Shown one piece after another: positions 7,950-17,868 of a stretch of 42,749 bases of DNA. Source of the DNA: Patescibacteria group bacterium (lineage in GTDB: Bacteria; Patescibacteriota; Patescibacteriia; SG8-24); contig JAHJAU010000043.1 of assembly GCA_018813785.1 (NCBI GenBank), positions 1 through 42,749 on the forward strand. The letters are read 5' to 3'. The first letter of the stretch is position 1. The number at the start of each line of letters is the position of its first letter. Both the position numbers and the translations under genes were made by a program. Under the pieces are notes generated by a model. The model searched no databases, was not told the origin of the DNA, and saw only the letters and a program-made list of their open reading frames with translations.

Positions 7950-10900
7950 TTAGACTTTCACGGCTCCCCGACCAACTAGTTTTTCGATCGCGACGATCAG
8001 ATCACTCGATACTGCCACATTATAATGCGTTTCAATTTTTTTGACCGCCTCACCATCGCGCACCAGCAGAACCACACGTCGAGATCCAGGATACTTGGTA
8101 AAATTACGTTTTAATTCAACGGCTATCGAGGGAGCCATGGTGGGTGGAACCTGAATGGTTACAATTTCAGCCGCAACTTTAACATTCGTATTTTTTAATT
8201 TGCCGCCTCCCAACACCAACATATCGCGCACCTGATTAATATTATCAGGCGTTAAAGGAGTTACTTTCTCCGCTAGAAGTTTAGGCTCACCGTCTCGCTC
8301 ATCATATTTAGCCTCTAACATGATTGGTGTATCTTTAACCCAGGCTGATTTTGACTCGGCAAAAGTGCGGGGAAAAACCACGACCTCTACCTCGCTAGTG
8401 CCATCGTCCAGCCGCGCAAAGGCCATAGGTTCTTGTTTTTTCTTGGTCAAAATCTCCCGAATATCCGAAATCATTCCAGCCACTCGAAGCAAACTGGTTT
8501 GTCCGCGTTGCTGAGTGATATTTTTTAGCGAGATCAACGACCCTTCAAAAAATTTGGCGTACTCAGTAAATGGATGCTCAGAAACATATAGCCCGAGCAA
8601 CTCTCGCTCCCAAGCCAATTTTTCTCGTTTGGTGGCTGGCGGTGCCTCGCGTAAAGTAATTTCTCGAACTACACCTAAAATCGGTGAGGTGGCAAAAAGA
8701 TTGCTCTGACCACTTGCTAAATCTTTCATCGCGTCTCGATTGTATTTCAAAATTTGATCCAAAGAGGCCAAAAGCTGATTTCTCTCCCCCAAACAATCCA
8801 TCGCACCGGCCTTAATCAAGGCCTCTAGCACACGCTTATTAAAATATTTGGTCTCTAGGCGCGAGGCCATATCACTAATTGATTTATAAGCACCGCCAGC
8901 TTTACGCTCCTCGGCCATAGTCTGAGCCACATCCGCGCCCACATTTTTAATCGCTCGCAAACCAAAACGAATAGTCTGATCATCAATATAAGTGAAATCA
9001 ACCAGTGACTCATTGACCGATGGCGGCAACACGGTGATGCCCAAGCGCGCACATTCGGCAACGATAATCGCTACCTCATCAAGATCGTGCGACTCACAAG
9101 TCAACAACGCTGACATGTACTCAGCCGGCCAGTTAGCTTTCAGGTACGCGGTCTGATAAGCCACCATGCCGTAACTACAGGCGTGAGCTTTATTGAAACC
9201 ATATTGCGCAAATGGCTCGATCAATTTCCATAATTCCCAGGCCTTTTCTTCAGTCAGTCCACCATGCTCCTGACAACCACTGATGAATTTACCCTGCTGA
9301 CGATCCATCTCTTCTTTAATCTTTTTTCCCATGGCCTTGCGTAACTTGTCCGCCTCCAGCCAGTCATAGCCAGCGAGAGTCAGCGCCGTCAACATAACGT
9401 CGTCCTGATAAACCAACAGACCGTAACTTTCTTTTAATGCATCTTCCAGGCGTGGATCTGGATATATAACCCGAGCCGGATCTTTGGATCGAGCGATAAA
9501 TTCTGGAATGGATTCCATTGGTCCGGGACGATACAACGCCACCATGGCCATGATATCGGTAATTTTCGTGGGTTCGAGGGCCATTAAATGTTTGGTCATA
9601 CCCGAACCACCGAGCTGAAACAGACCCTGGGTTTCACCCCGCTTCAACAACTGAAATGTTTTCTTGTCATCGAGTGGTATGTCGTGAATATCAATATCTA
9701 ATCCTTTAGTATTTTTAATGGTCTTAATGGCCAAACCAAGAATGGACAGGTTGCGAATACCCAAAAAATCCATCTTCACTGCGCCGGCGTCTTCGATTTG
9801 ATGCATGTCATACTGAGTCACCAACTTCTCACCGCCCGACTCGCGCTGTAGAGCAGTAAACTCAGTCAGTGGTGTTGGTGTGATAACGACACCGGCGGCA
9901 TGCACTGAACAATGACGGGCGCTACCCTCCACCTTCTGTGATAAATCGAGCAAACGCTTAACCTGTGGATCAATCTCGTAAAGTTCTTTAAGTTCCGGTT
10001 CCATGTCTAGTGCCATTTGAATATTCTTAGCAGCGGTGGGAATCAACTTGGCCACTCGATCACAAAACGCGTACGGCAAATTCAATACCCGCCCCACGTC
10101 CCGCACCGCGCCACGCGCCGCGAGAGTTCCATACGTACCGATCTGAGCGACCTTATCTTTGCCATATTTCTCGGTAACGTAAGCAATGACCTCATCCCGA
10201 CGTGAATCCTCAAAATCACCGTCAATATCAGGCGCTGATGGACGCATTGGATTCAAAAACCGCTCAAATGGAAGTTTGTAAGTGAGCGGATTAACCGGGA
10301 CGATATCCAGGGCGTACGACACCAGGGAACCGGCGGCTGAGCCACGCGTGGTGTTGGCAATACCATTCGCCTTGGCAAATCTCATGTAGTCAGAAACGAT
10401 CAAAAAATACGAAGCGTAGCCCTTGGTTTTAATGACTTCCAACTCGTACTCTAAACGCTCCTGAATGCTAGGTGTAATTTCCGGTAATTTTTCAGCGATC
10501 CCCCGAAAGACTTCTTCGTCTAAAACTTCGTCATAATTTTTCCCGGCGGGAATTTTATAATCAGCGAAATACCATTTACCAAGCTCTAGCTGGATATCAC
10601 AGCGATCGGCAATTTTACGGGTGTTATCGATGGCTTCGGGGGTATCGGCGAAGGCTCGTTCCATGTGTTCACTTGAAACAAACGAATAGTCGGCATTAGT
10701 CATGGATTTACGACGATCATCCTGCACAGTCTTACCCAAACCAACGCAAACGAGTACATCATGAGCCTCGGCATCAGCCGGATCCATATAATGAACATCT
10801 TTGGTGGCCACGAGTGGCAGACCTGTTTTTTGCGCTAAGTGCTTAAGATCTGCGTTGCGAGCGCATTGTTCGTCCAATTCCGGATGATCTTGTAGCTCGA

Positions 10901-11420
10901 GAAAAAAATTATCCGAACCAAAAATTTCTTTATACTCATTGGCTACGCGCTCAGCTTTGTTCCAGTCCCCCACCGTAAGTGCTTTATTAATTTCACCAGT
11001 CAATCCGCCCGAAAGACCGATCAAGCCCCGGGCATGCTGGCGCAAAACTTCTTTATCTAAGCGCGGACGATAATAAAAACCTTCAACATTAGCGATGGTC
11101 GCCAATTTGAGCAGGTTTTTATAGCCCTCGATATTTTCTGCGAGCAGTACCAACTGATGATTACGATCGTCAATCCGGGGTCGTTTATCGGTTAACTTGT
11201 CCAGCGCCATGTAGACACATAGACCGATAATAGGTTTGATGCCAGCCTTCCGACAAACTTGATAAAATTCCACGCCGCCATATATGGCACCATAATCAGT
11301 GATCGCTAGCGCATCCATCCCCATTTCCTTGGCGCGAGAAACCAGCTCCTTGGTCTTCGGTAGCGCCCGAAGCATTGAGTAGTGCGAGTGGACATGAAGA
11401 TGAATAAATTTACTTGGCAT
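7950..11420 (-). CDS. dnaE: DNA polymerase III alpha subunit
   Basis: ORF track, 1156 aa. N-terminal PHP motif HLHVHSHYS and typical DnaE length and layout. Confidence 0.95.
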   Translation of the reverse strand: MPSKFIHLHVHSHYSMLRALPKTKELVSRAKEMGMDALAITDYGAIYGGVEFYQVCRKAGIKPIIGLCVYMALDKLTDKRPRIDDRNHQLVLLAENIEGYKNLLKLATIANVEGFYYRPRLDKEVLRQHARGLIGLSGGLTGEINKALTVGDWNKAERVANEYKEIFGSDNFFLELQDHPELDEQCARNADLKHLAQKTGLPLVATKDVHYMDPADAEAHDVLVCVGLGKTVQDDRRKSMTNADYSFVSSEHMERAFADTPEAIDNTRKIADRCDIQLELGKWYFADYKIPAGKNYDEVLDEEVFRGIAEKLPEITPSIQERLEYELEVIKTKGYASYFLIVSDYMRFAKANGIANTTRGSAAGSLVSYALDIVPVNPLTYKLPFERFLNPMRPSAPDIDGDFEDSRRDEVIAYVTEKYGKDKVAQIGTYGTLAARGAVRDVGRVLNLPYAFCDRVAKLIPTAAKNIQMALDMEPELKELYEIDPQVKRLLDLSQKVEGSARHCSVHAAGVVITPTPLTEFTALQRESGGEKLVTQYDMHQIEDAGAVKMDFLGIRNLSILGLAIKTIKNTKGLDIDIHDIPLDDKKTFQLLKRGETQGLFQLGGSGMTKHLMALEPTKITDIMAMVALYRPGPMESIPEFIARSKDPARVIYPDPRLEDALKESYGLLVYQDDVMLTALTLAGYDWLEADKLRKAMGKKIKEEMDRQQGKFISGCQEHGGLTEEKAWELWKLIEPFAQYGFNKAHACSYGMVAYQTAYLKANWPAEYMSALLTCESHDLDEVAIIVAECARLGITVLPPSVNESLVDFTYIDDQTIRFGLRAIKNVGADVAQTMAEERKAGGAYKSISDMASRLETKYFNKRVLEALIKAGAMDCLGERNQLLASLDQILKYNRDAMKDLASGQSNLFATSPILGVVREITLREAPPATKREKLAWERELLGLYVSEHPFTEYAKFFEGSLISLKNITQQRGQTSLLRVAGMISDIREILTKKKQEPMAFARLDDGTSEVEVVVFPRTFAESKSAWVKDTPIMLEAKYDERDGEPKLLAEKVTPLTPDNINQVRDMLVLGGGKLKNTNVKVAAEIVTIQVPPTMAPSIAVELKRNFTKYPGSRRVVLLVRDGEAVKKIETHYNVAVSSDLIVAIEKLVGRGAVKV

Positions 11421-11492
11421 GGACTCTCTGTCGATTATATTTTATCTCCTGGCTGATCTTCTATAGCCAGCCCCACCCTATCACATTACAAC

Positions 11493-11513
11493 AAAAAAGG
11501 CTGTTGATAGCCT
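11493..11513 (-). terminator. Rho-independent terminator after the methyltransferase gene
   Basis: Minus-strand hairpin AGGCT-ATCAAC-AGCCT followed by TTTTTT. Confidence 0.5.
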
Positions 11514-11606
11514 CTGGATTATTTTTGCAGTAAAGTAAACTGCCGGCTCTTATAAAATCACTTTTAATACACGAATGAATGTTTTGCATTATATTTAAAA
11601 ATGAAA

Positions 11607-11640
11607 CTCCTAAGGCTTACGCCTGGGAATTTGCAGGCAT
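11607..11640. repeat. Degenerate copy of the IS200-type left-end hairpin plus flank
   Basis: ctcctaaggcttacgcctgggaatttgcaggcat aligns with accccgggcttacgcccggggatttgcaggcat at 21199-21231 (same strand; the 3' 12 nt are identical). Confidence 0.6.
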
Positions 11641-11679
11641 TAACACACATTATTAGAACGACGATATTTAAAATAAAAG

Positions 11680-12930
11680 TTACCTAAAAAATAGTGGTTT
11701 AAACCTCTCCATTGTCTGTTCATCGTATCTATTTTGTAGCATGGCAATTAATGTCTTGCCAATATGATAACCAAGGTTTACGGGTACAGCGTTGCCGATT
11801 TGCTTATACTGTTGCGCGACCGAACCTACAAATTCCCAGTCGTCGGGGAAGGTTTGTATTCTTGCGTACTCACGAATATTTAATGGTCTCGTTTCTTCTG
11901 GATGACAGCGTTCGGTCTGTTTTTGTGCTGGACTACACGTGAGCGTTAGGCATGGTTCGTCCCATGCCAAACGTCGTGCCATGCCAGTTTTACCACCACC
12001 CATATAAAAGCTGGCACCCATATATTGCTTTTGTAATTTCTCTGGCAGGTCTCTCCAGTAACCACCTGGAGGCACCAATTTTAAAATTTCAGACTTGCCT
12101 TTTGGATATTTTTGCCCTTCAGACCGAGGACAGTCTTTCAATGCTTCTCTTATAGAGATTGTATAATTCCTTTCTTTCGGAAAAAAAATTGGTAAATTTA
12201 AATCTTTCCTTACACCGATGATAATTAATCGCTCTCTTTTCTGTGGCACATCCAAATATTGTGAGCGCAATATTTTATAAGCAACATTATAGCCTGCTTC
12301 GCTCAATTCTTTTGTCATTGTAACAAGAGTCCTGCCCTCATCATGTGTTGCTAGTCCTCTTACATTTTCTCCTACCGCTATCTTCGGCTTAATCTCTCTA
12401 ACACAACGAATGAACTCGTAGAATAAAGTACCTCTGGTATCACCAAATCCTTTTTTATTTCCTGCGTAACTAAAAGCCTGGCATGGAAAACCACCTTCAA
12501 CTATATCCGCCTTTATATTAGAAAAATTAACTTTATGAATGTCATCTTCCAAAATATTCCAATCTGGTCGATTTCGACGCAGGGTTGCGGCGGCATTTTT
12601 ATCAAACTCAACTAACATAACATCCCTTATGCCGGCATTTTCTAATCCGAGCGCTGTCCCTCCTGCGCCAGAAAAAAGCTCGACAACCGTATAAGGTGTC
12701 ATCTTTCTTTCTTTCAAAATTTTGTACGAACTTACACTAGACACACCACCTACCTTATCGTGTATCCTACGCACCTCATCGATATCGAATAATCGATAAT
12801 TCAACTCCGATCTATGCGCTTTTATAAGACCTTTCTTGTCCCAACGACGAATAGTATCCGAAGACACGCTTAATTTTTCTGCAGTCTCATTAACTGTTAA
12901 TAATTTATTCATATATACATGGTCGATCAC
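11680..12930 (-). CDS. DNA (cytosine-5) methyltransferase with N-terminal HTH domain
   Basis: ORF track, 416 aa. C5-MTase motifs FSGAGG (I), GFPCQAFS (IV), GENV (VI), QKRER (VIII) and GNAVP (X). The N-terminus LTVNETAEKLSVSSDTIRRWDKKGLI looks like a MerR/excisionase-type HTH. The start may be the ATG at 12912 rather than the GTG at 12930. Confidence 0.9.
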   Translation of the reverse strand: MIDHVYMNKLLTVNETAEKLSVSSDTIRRWDKKGLIKAHRSELNYRLFDIDEVRRIHDKVGGVSSVSSYKILKERKMTPYTVVELFSGAGGTALGLENAGIRDVMLVEFDKNAAATLRRNRPDWNILEDDIHKVNFSNIKADIVEGGFPCQAFSYAGNKKGFGDTRGTLFYEFIRCVREIKPKIAVGENVRGLATHDEGRTLVTMTKELSEAGYNVAYKILRSQYLDVPQKRERLIIIGVRKDLNLPIFFPKERNYTISIREALKDCPRSEGQKYPKGKSEILKLVPPGGYWRDLPEKLQKQYMGASFYMGGGKTGMARRLAWDEPCLTLTCSPAQKQTERCHPEETRPLNIREYARIQTFPDDWEFVGSVAQQYKQIGNAVPVNLGYHIGKTLIAMLQNRYDEQTMERFKPLFFR

Positions 12931-12938
12931 TCATAACT

Positions 12939-12969
12939 AAGTAACCATTGCATTATGCAATGGTTACTT
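12939..12969. promoter_or_regulatory. 31-bp perfect palindrome between the endonuclease and methyltransferase genes (candidate operator or hairpin)
   Basis: aagtaaccattgcat-t-atgcaatggttactt: two 15-bp arms that are exact reverse complements. Confidence 0.6.
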
Positions 12970-12992
12970 AAAATTGTCTTGTGGAAATCTAT

Positions 12993-13751
12993 TTAATAAA
13001 CGGAGTCAAATAACTTAAAGAATAATTTATCATTCTCTATACCTCCAGCAGAGACACCTTTGGTGTCTGCGATCACAATTGGTAATACATCGTACAACTT
13101 TCTGAGAGCCCTCGCATCACCCGAGGCTATCTCGTAAAAACTTTTACCGTCAATGACACGAATATATTTATATTTGGGTCTCTTCTTTTTCGTCACATTG
13201 TCTGATGGTGTAAAAAAATCATTATACGGCTCGTGTTTGCTTGGAATAATCTCTACATAATAACCAGTAAATCCCTTATTGTGTCTCTCACTAAGTTTTA
13301 CCAATAAATTATCATAGAGAGTCTTCTTGTCTGAGCCCTTGGTTGTGTTGTACTTATTTTTAATTTCGGCAATGATTTTCTTTTCCTCGTTTCTTACATC
13401 TACTAATCCACCGATACCTAGATTTTCCCATCCAGACATTGAACTGATGATGTCCTGATGAAAATCACCAAGTGCATTTTGAAGTGTTTTCTGTATCTGT
13501 CGATTTTTTTCGTTCTCTAGCCAATCAGATAACGAAATTCCATTAATCGCACTATCAAACACGGCAGAAAACGGATCGATTACATTACTAAAAACTTTCT
13601 CGTCAGCCTGCTCAACAGCAGCACTGGCTTTATCGAGTATAGTTTTGACACAACGCTTTAATTTATCGTCAGATATAAAAGGTAAGTAGGATATATTTAA
13701 AATAAGAAATGATGATTCTATCATCCTCACATACTCAGTAATGCCGGTCAA
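12993..13751 (-). CDS. Putative type II restriction endonuclease (possibly Eco47II/Sau96I-like)
   Basis: ORF track, 252 aa, immediately upstream of and co-oriented with the C5-MTase. AT-rich. The family call rests on my recollection of FHQ and AEIKNKYNT-type motifs in that family and is unverified. Confidence 0.55.
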   Translation of the reverse strand: MTGITEYVRMIESSFLILNISYLPFISDDKLKRCVKTILDKASAAVEQADEKVFSNVIDPFSAVFDSAINGISLSDWLENEKNRQIQKTLQNALGDFHQDIISSMSGWENLGIGGLVDVRNEEKKIIAEIKNKYNTTKGSDKKTLYDNLLVKLSERHNKGFTGYYVEIIPSKHEPYNDFFTPSDNVTKKKRPKYKYIRVIDGKSFYEIASGDARALRKLYDVLPIVIADTKGVSAGGIENDKLFFKLFDSVY

Positions 13752-13800
13752 GTCGCGCGTTTCGGTAACATTTATTTCTATCTAAACGGTATCTTTTTAC

Positions 13801-13828
13801 AAAAAATCCGCCTCTAGAAACGAGACGG
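13801..13828 (-). terminator. Rho-independent terminator after the 111-aa membrane protein gene
   Basis: Minus-strand hairpin CCGTCTC-GTTTCTA-GAGGCGG followed by ATTTTTT. Confidence 0.5.
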
Positions 13829-13851
13829 AAGTGGTTAGATAATCAATCAAC

Positions 13852-14187
13852 TCAATCGTCAGTTCGGTCTGGACGATCGCTTGAATCACGCAAACGAAAA
13901 GGTTCAGTTAAAATCTGTCGGAATGTTCGATCATCTTCTTCTGGGCCTGGCCTTGAACTCTTTCGAATGTAAAAGAACCCGCATCGATTACAAATCACCA
14001 AAATGATCTGCAGTGGAATCCATATTGGAGCAAACACAATCACTGTTATAGAAGCGATAAACCCGAGCAGTGCTTCTAGCACCTGACGCAAAATCAATCC
14101 AATTATATATAGACAAAACGATATGCCTCGAACAAGATTATCTCTTATTATCGCTCTTTGAGTCCGAGTCTTCCGACGCCACGACAT
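13852..14187 (-). CDS. Small membrane protein (hypothetical)
   Basis: ORF track, 111 aa. Two hydrophobic helices, with a basic N-terminal tail and an acidic C-terminal tail. Confidence 0.5.
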   Translation of the reverse strand: MSWRRKTRTQRAIIRDNLVRGISFCLYIIGLILRQVLEALLGFIASITVIVFAPIWIPLQIILVICNRCGFFYIRKSSRPGPEEDDRTFRQILTEPFRLRDSSDRPDRTDD

Positions 14188-14276
14188 GATAAACCTCCCA
14201 AAAAATGAGCTATGTTTACCTGAGTATATCAGGCTCTAATGTTACTGAATAGATTAATTTAAACAAAAAAGTATAA

Positions 14277-14307
14277 GAAAACCCCGTATCTCAGATGACA
14301 CGGGGTT
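14277..14307 (-). terminator. Rho-independent terminator after ABC exporter 1
   Basis: Minus-strand stem AACCCCGT...ACGGGGTT followed by a T-rich tract. Confidence 0.55.
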
Positions 14308-14331
14308 AATCGAACCAAGGAACAACGGGGG

Positions 14332-16278
14332 TTAGGCACTGAAATCGATCGGTGAATCTCCAAAGAGCAGTGGTGGTCTACTGATCGGCGCATCTTCCGG
14401 CTTGATACTGATCTCCGGACGAATCTTCAGACCTTCGTTTTCAGCGATTCGTCGAAAAGTCGGTGAAAGCTCGTACAACTCACCGAAAGATCCGGCCACT
14501 GCTTCCACCTGTGATTCTCCTGCCACCAGCTCGTCGACTGGTTTCAGCACAATAAACTGATCGCAGTCCATGACTGTCGAAAGTCGATGCGCTACGATGA
14601 TCGCTGTCACCCCGCGCTTCAAGACGGCATTCAGTCCATCCTGAAAACCTTTTTGGGTCTCTGAGTCCAAATTGCTGGTCGGCTCATCCATGATCAGCAA
14701 TCGCAACAGCGGATTCATCAAGGCCATCGCCGCTGACAAGCGCTGACGCTCACCGCCGGAAAGCTCGAGGCCGTCGCGTCCGATCTTGGTGTCAAGTCCT
14801 TTGATCAGACGTTCACCAAAATCAGCCTTAACTGCTCGCAAAACAGCCCAAATCTCATCATCGGAAGTTCTGCTTCGATGCTGGGGATCGAGTCCGTAAA
14901 GCATGAGCTCACGAATACTGCCATCGAAAAGCGGCGCACCCTGCGGAGCATAACCGACGAATCGTTTGAACGACGCCTGTGTCACCCCGCGCAGATCATG
15001 TCCATCAAGAAGCACTTGCCCTTGATCGGGGTCGCGTGACCGTAACAGCATGTGCAACAACGTCGTCTTCCCGACCCCTGACGGACCGATGATCGCCACC
15101 TTTTGTCCAGGTCGAATCGAAAAGCTGACATTTTGCAGAACCGGTCTCGATGATCCATCGTTATCTTTACCTGGATGAGCAAAGCTGACCTGCTTAACCT
15201 GAACCGACAGCGCGCCACTCGCCTCAAAATAGGTTGCATTGGGTGCGTCCTGAACGGCTGGTTCCAACTCCATCAATCGTTTGAGTGTATTGATGGCCGG
15301 TAGCTGACCATTGATCTGGCGCTCTGTTCCGCGTAACTGATCTATCGTGCTAATGAATCCACCGACCCAAAACGTAAACGGCAACAACGTCCCGATGGTC
15401 CATTCACCGGACAGCACCAACCAGATACCGATGGCTATCGCGCCCACAAAAAACGGTGACGAGGAGGTCTGAGCACGAATGTGATTCATGAAGTGATACC
15501 ACATCCAAAAACGCATCGCTTTATTGTTCGCCTCTCGATTCATCTGAAAACAGCGTTCGCTTTCCTCGACTTCTTTGCCTGAGGCCTTAACTCGCTCAAC
15601 ACCCCGCCAGCGCTCATCCATGTAGCGATCAACGGCGCGCAGCTCTTCATCGATTTCCTGGCCGACGGTCATGACCCGCCGGTTCAGATACAACGACCAA
15701 CCGGCGCTGTAGAAAATAAATACGAGCGCGATCAGACCGGTGATCCAATGAAGCCAGAACAGCAGACCCAGAAACAGAACGGCCTTGATCAGCATGGGTA
15801 TCAGCTGATAGAGCATGATCTTCTGCAGACCCCGAACAGCGTTCTGTCCCTTCTTGATGTTGGCTGGACTCAATTCCTGCGAATCACCAAGATGCTGACC
15901 AAGTGACTTACCGAAAAAAAGCTCGGTCAGACGCGTTTCCAGTGTTACGATTTGCTCTGTCCCCAGTCGCTCTTCCAGTCGACTCCTGATCCAATCAGAA
16001 CCCTGACCAACAACTTCAAAAACGGCGATCGCCGCAAATGACCAGACGATAATCGCTATCGCCCGAATGGCCAAGCCATCCAGAATCCACTTGAACATGT
16101 ATGGCCAGAGGGTGGAGAGGAATGAATCAACCAGCACAATCAACAGAGTCCAGATAAACAGCCGCCGACCGACTGAACTCATAAACTCCTGCCAAATCCA
16201 GCCCCACTGCCGCAGAACCATTAACGAAGTTTTAATGTACTCCCACCTGTTGGCGGGTTCCTTAACCTGTTTTTCCAT
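14332..16278 (-). CDS. Fused TMD-NBD ABC exporter, paralog 1
   Basis: ORF track, 648 aa. Six-TM-type N-terminal half. Walker [10 protein letters not shown], signature LSGGERQRL, Walker B LLIMDEPTS. SD GGAGGTGAC precedes the ATG. Confidence 0.9.
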   Translation of the reverse strand: MEKQVKEPANRWEYIKTSLMVLRQWGWIWQEFMSSVGRRLFIWTLLIVLVDSFLSTLWPYMFKWILDGLAIRAIAIIVWSFAAIAVFEVVGQGSDWIRSRLEERLGTEQIVTLETRLTELFFGKSLGQHLGDSQELSPANIKKGQNAVRGLQKIMLYQLIPMLIKAVLFLGLLFWLHWITGLIALVFIFYSAGWSLYLNRRVMTVGQEIDEELRAVDRYMDERWRGVERVKASGKEVEESERCFQMNREANNKAMRFWMWYHFMNHIRAQTSSSPFFVGAIAIGIWLVLSGEWTIGTLLPFTFWVGGFISTIDQLRGTERQINGQLPAINTLKRLMELEPAVQDAPNATYFEASGALSVQVKQVSFAHPGKDNDGSSRPVLQNVSFSIRPGQKVAIIGPSGVGKTTLLHMLLRSRDPDQGQVLLDGHDLRGVTQASFKRFVGYAPQGAPLFDGSIRELMLYGLDPQHRSRTSDDEIWAVLRAVKADFGERLIKGLDTKIGRDGLELSGGERQRLSAAMALMNPLLRLLIMDEPTSNLDSETQKGFQDGLNAVLKRGVTAIIVAHRLSTVMDCDQFIVLKPVDELVAGESQVEAVAGSFGELYELSPTFRRIAENEGLKIRPEISIKPEDAPISRPPLLFGDSPIDFSA

Positions 16279-16382
16279 GTCACCTCCTCTTCTTATGTGG
16301 TTTATCGCCCAACTTTCTGAACGAAATCTTGGCTACGACACTCTTGGCTCGCAGACAAAATTTCAACCATAAACAACCATTA

Positions 16383-16411
16383 ACAATAATAAAAAATACC
16401 TAAATTGTCAA
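16383..16411 (-). promoter_or_regulatory. Promoter of ABC exporter 1
   Basis: Minus strand: TTGACA - 17 nt - TATTGT, leaving a leader of about 100 nt. Confidence 0.5.
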
Positions 16412-16443
16412 TGTTAAGGTAACAAACCCAATTTTATGTCATT

Positions 16444-16470
16444 AAAAAGCACCTCATTAAAACGAGGTGC
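16444..16470 (-). terminator. Rho-independent terminator after the metzincin gene
   Basis: Minus-strand hairpin GCACCTC-GTTTTAAT-GAGGTGC followed by TTTTT. Confidence 0.6.
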
Positions 16471-16477
16471 AAATCAC

Positions 16478-17140
16478 TTAAAGACGATTGCAACAACAGT
16501 CGTAGATCAGACAAAACGCATCCAGGTCGGCATCAGTCAAAAATTCTGAACCGCTTAGAAAACTCAATCCGTCATCGTTCATCACCCCTGGCCGATCGTT
16601 ATGATGCAAAAGACCCAGCAGATGTCCCAACTCATGCAGAGCCAGGTTGCGAACGAAGTGGAACCGGAATCGATCCAGCGACGCCTGAAGATTTTGGTTA
16701 TCGTAGCCCAGCTGTGCTGACCGCTCACATTGTTCGGCCTCCAGCTCGATCATGAACCGATCGAAGTTATACATGATCAAAATGACATCAGCTAAGGTAG
16801 CGTTACCCAAAGTGCTATCTGCTCCACCATAAACGTTTTGCAGATACTGCTCCGCTTCGATGGGGTTACTAATACGATAGATAACATGCACTCCATCTTC
16901 GTAGTCTCTTTCAGTGAAATCATCAGTCACTGTACCAGCTATCTCGAGAACGACATCGCCGTACGCATAACGACAGCCGGCCTGCCGATTCCATTCAGCC
17001 ACTGCATCAGCGATCCCTTCTTGTTCGAGATCGCTAAAGCGCGTATCAACGTATATCTGCACTGGCAAATCCTGCCATTCAGCGCAAGCGCTGAAGACTG
17101 TCACTAGCACACTCAGAAAGAATAGCCGACGCCAACCCAT
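16478..17140 (-). CDS. Metzincin-type zinc metalloprotease, predicted lipoprotein
   Basis: ORF track, 220 aa. HELGHLLGLLHH matches HExxHxxGxxH, with a downstream Met (PGVMN). The signal peptide has a lipobox-like VFSAC. Cys-rich C-terminus (CLIYDCCCNRL). Confidence 0.75.
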   Translation of the reverse strand: MGWRRLFFLSVLVTVFSACAEWQDLPVQIYVDTRFSDLEQEGIADAVAEWNRQAGCRYAYGDVVLEIAGTVTDDFTERDYEDGVHVIYRISNPIEAEQYLQNVYGGADSTLGNATLADVILIMYNFDRFMIELEAEQCERSAQLGYDNQNLQASLDRFRFHFVRNLALHELGHLLGLLHHNDRPGVMNDDGLSFLSGSEFLTDADLDAFCLIYDCCCNRL

Positions 17141-17670
17141 GTCTGTACTCCTTCGGCACTTTGCGTATAAATACGCCGGGCAAAATCACCGTAATGACTG
17201 ATGACTCTCCTAGGCTCCGGAAAAAAGAACCGGAAATCCACGGTCAGCCACCAACGATCAGCGAACTGCCATTCCAAGCCTGTGCCAAAAGTGATATCGA
17301 CTGCCCGTTCAACATCCGGTCGAATAATCCGAAAGCCGGGACACCAGGCGTAAAACACACCGGGGTCTAACAGATGTACTCGCCAGTTGTCATTTCGAAA
17401 GACATCAATCAAGAGATTCGCTCCAATCCCCCAAGGGACGTAGAGACCAACCTCTAAGGCAAGTGGTGTTTCTGGAATGCGACGCAATCGTACGGCCAGA
17501 AATAATCCAGCGCGATCCGGATATCCGCCGCCGATAGTACCCAACACCGTCAAATCAATGGCTTCGATCTCCGCCCCGGCTCGTTCCTGAGCCTCCACCT
17601 GTCCAGAAAAAACCATCAACACCGCGATCGCGACTGATACAGCCGCGATATCTCGAAACCGCTTAACCAT
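17113..17670 (-). CDS. Secreted beta-barrel-like protein (outer-membrane-protein-like), hypothetical
   Basis: ORF track, 185 aa. Cleavable-looking signal peptide (…VFSGQVEAQE), alternating hydrophobic/aromatic pattern, and a C-terminus ending GVGYSF. Overlaps the metzincin gene by 28 nt. Confidence 0.5.
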   Translation of the reverse strand: MVKRFRDIAAVSVAIAVLMVFSGQVEAQERAGAEIEAIDLTVLGTIGGGYPDRAGLFLAVRLRRIPETPLALEVGLYVPWGIGANLLIDVFRNDNWRVHLLDPGVFYAWCPGFRIIRPDVERAVDITFGTGLEWQFADRWWLTVDFRFFFPEPRRVISHYGDFARRIYTQSAEGVQTWVGVGYSF

Positions 17671-17868
17671 AGCGACCTCCTTTTATTGTGTAAGGAACCT
17701 ATACACCTCATCAGAGTAAAGCCTGGAGGTCAAATAAAAATCCGATGACCGAGGCCTGACAAATTAAGATGAATGATAAAAATTCGACAAATCATTAATT
17801 AAAATCCGATTTAAACGGCACTTGACTATCAACTTGTGACCTGAAAAAGTAAATTTGGGACGGGAAAA

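Noticed and set aside
8320-10205. Six small ORFs inside dnaE (8320-8514, 8515-8709, 8578-8796, 8855-9061, 10017-10205)
   Set aside because: They are embedded in or antisense to a clearly intact 1156-aa DnaE reading frame, so they are ORF shadows.
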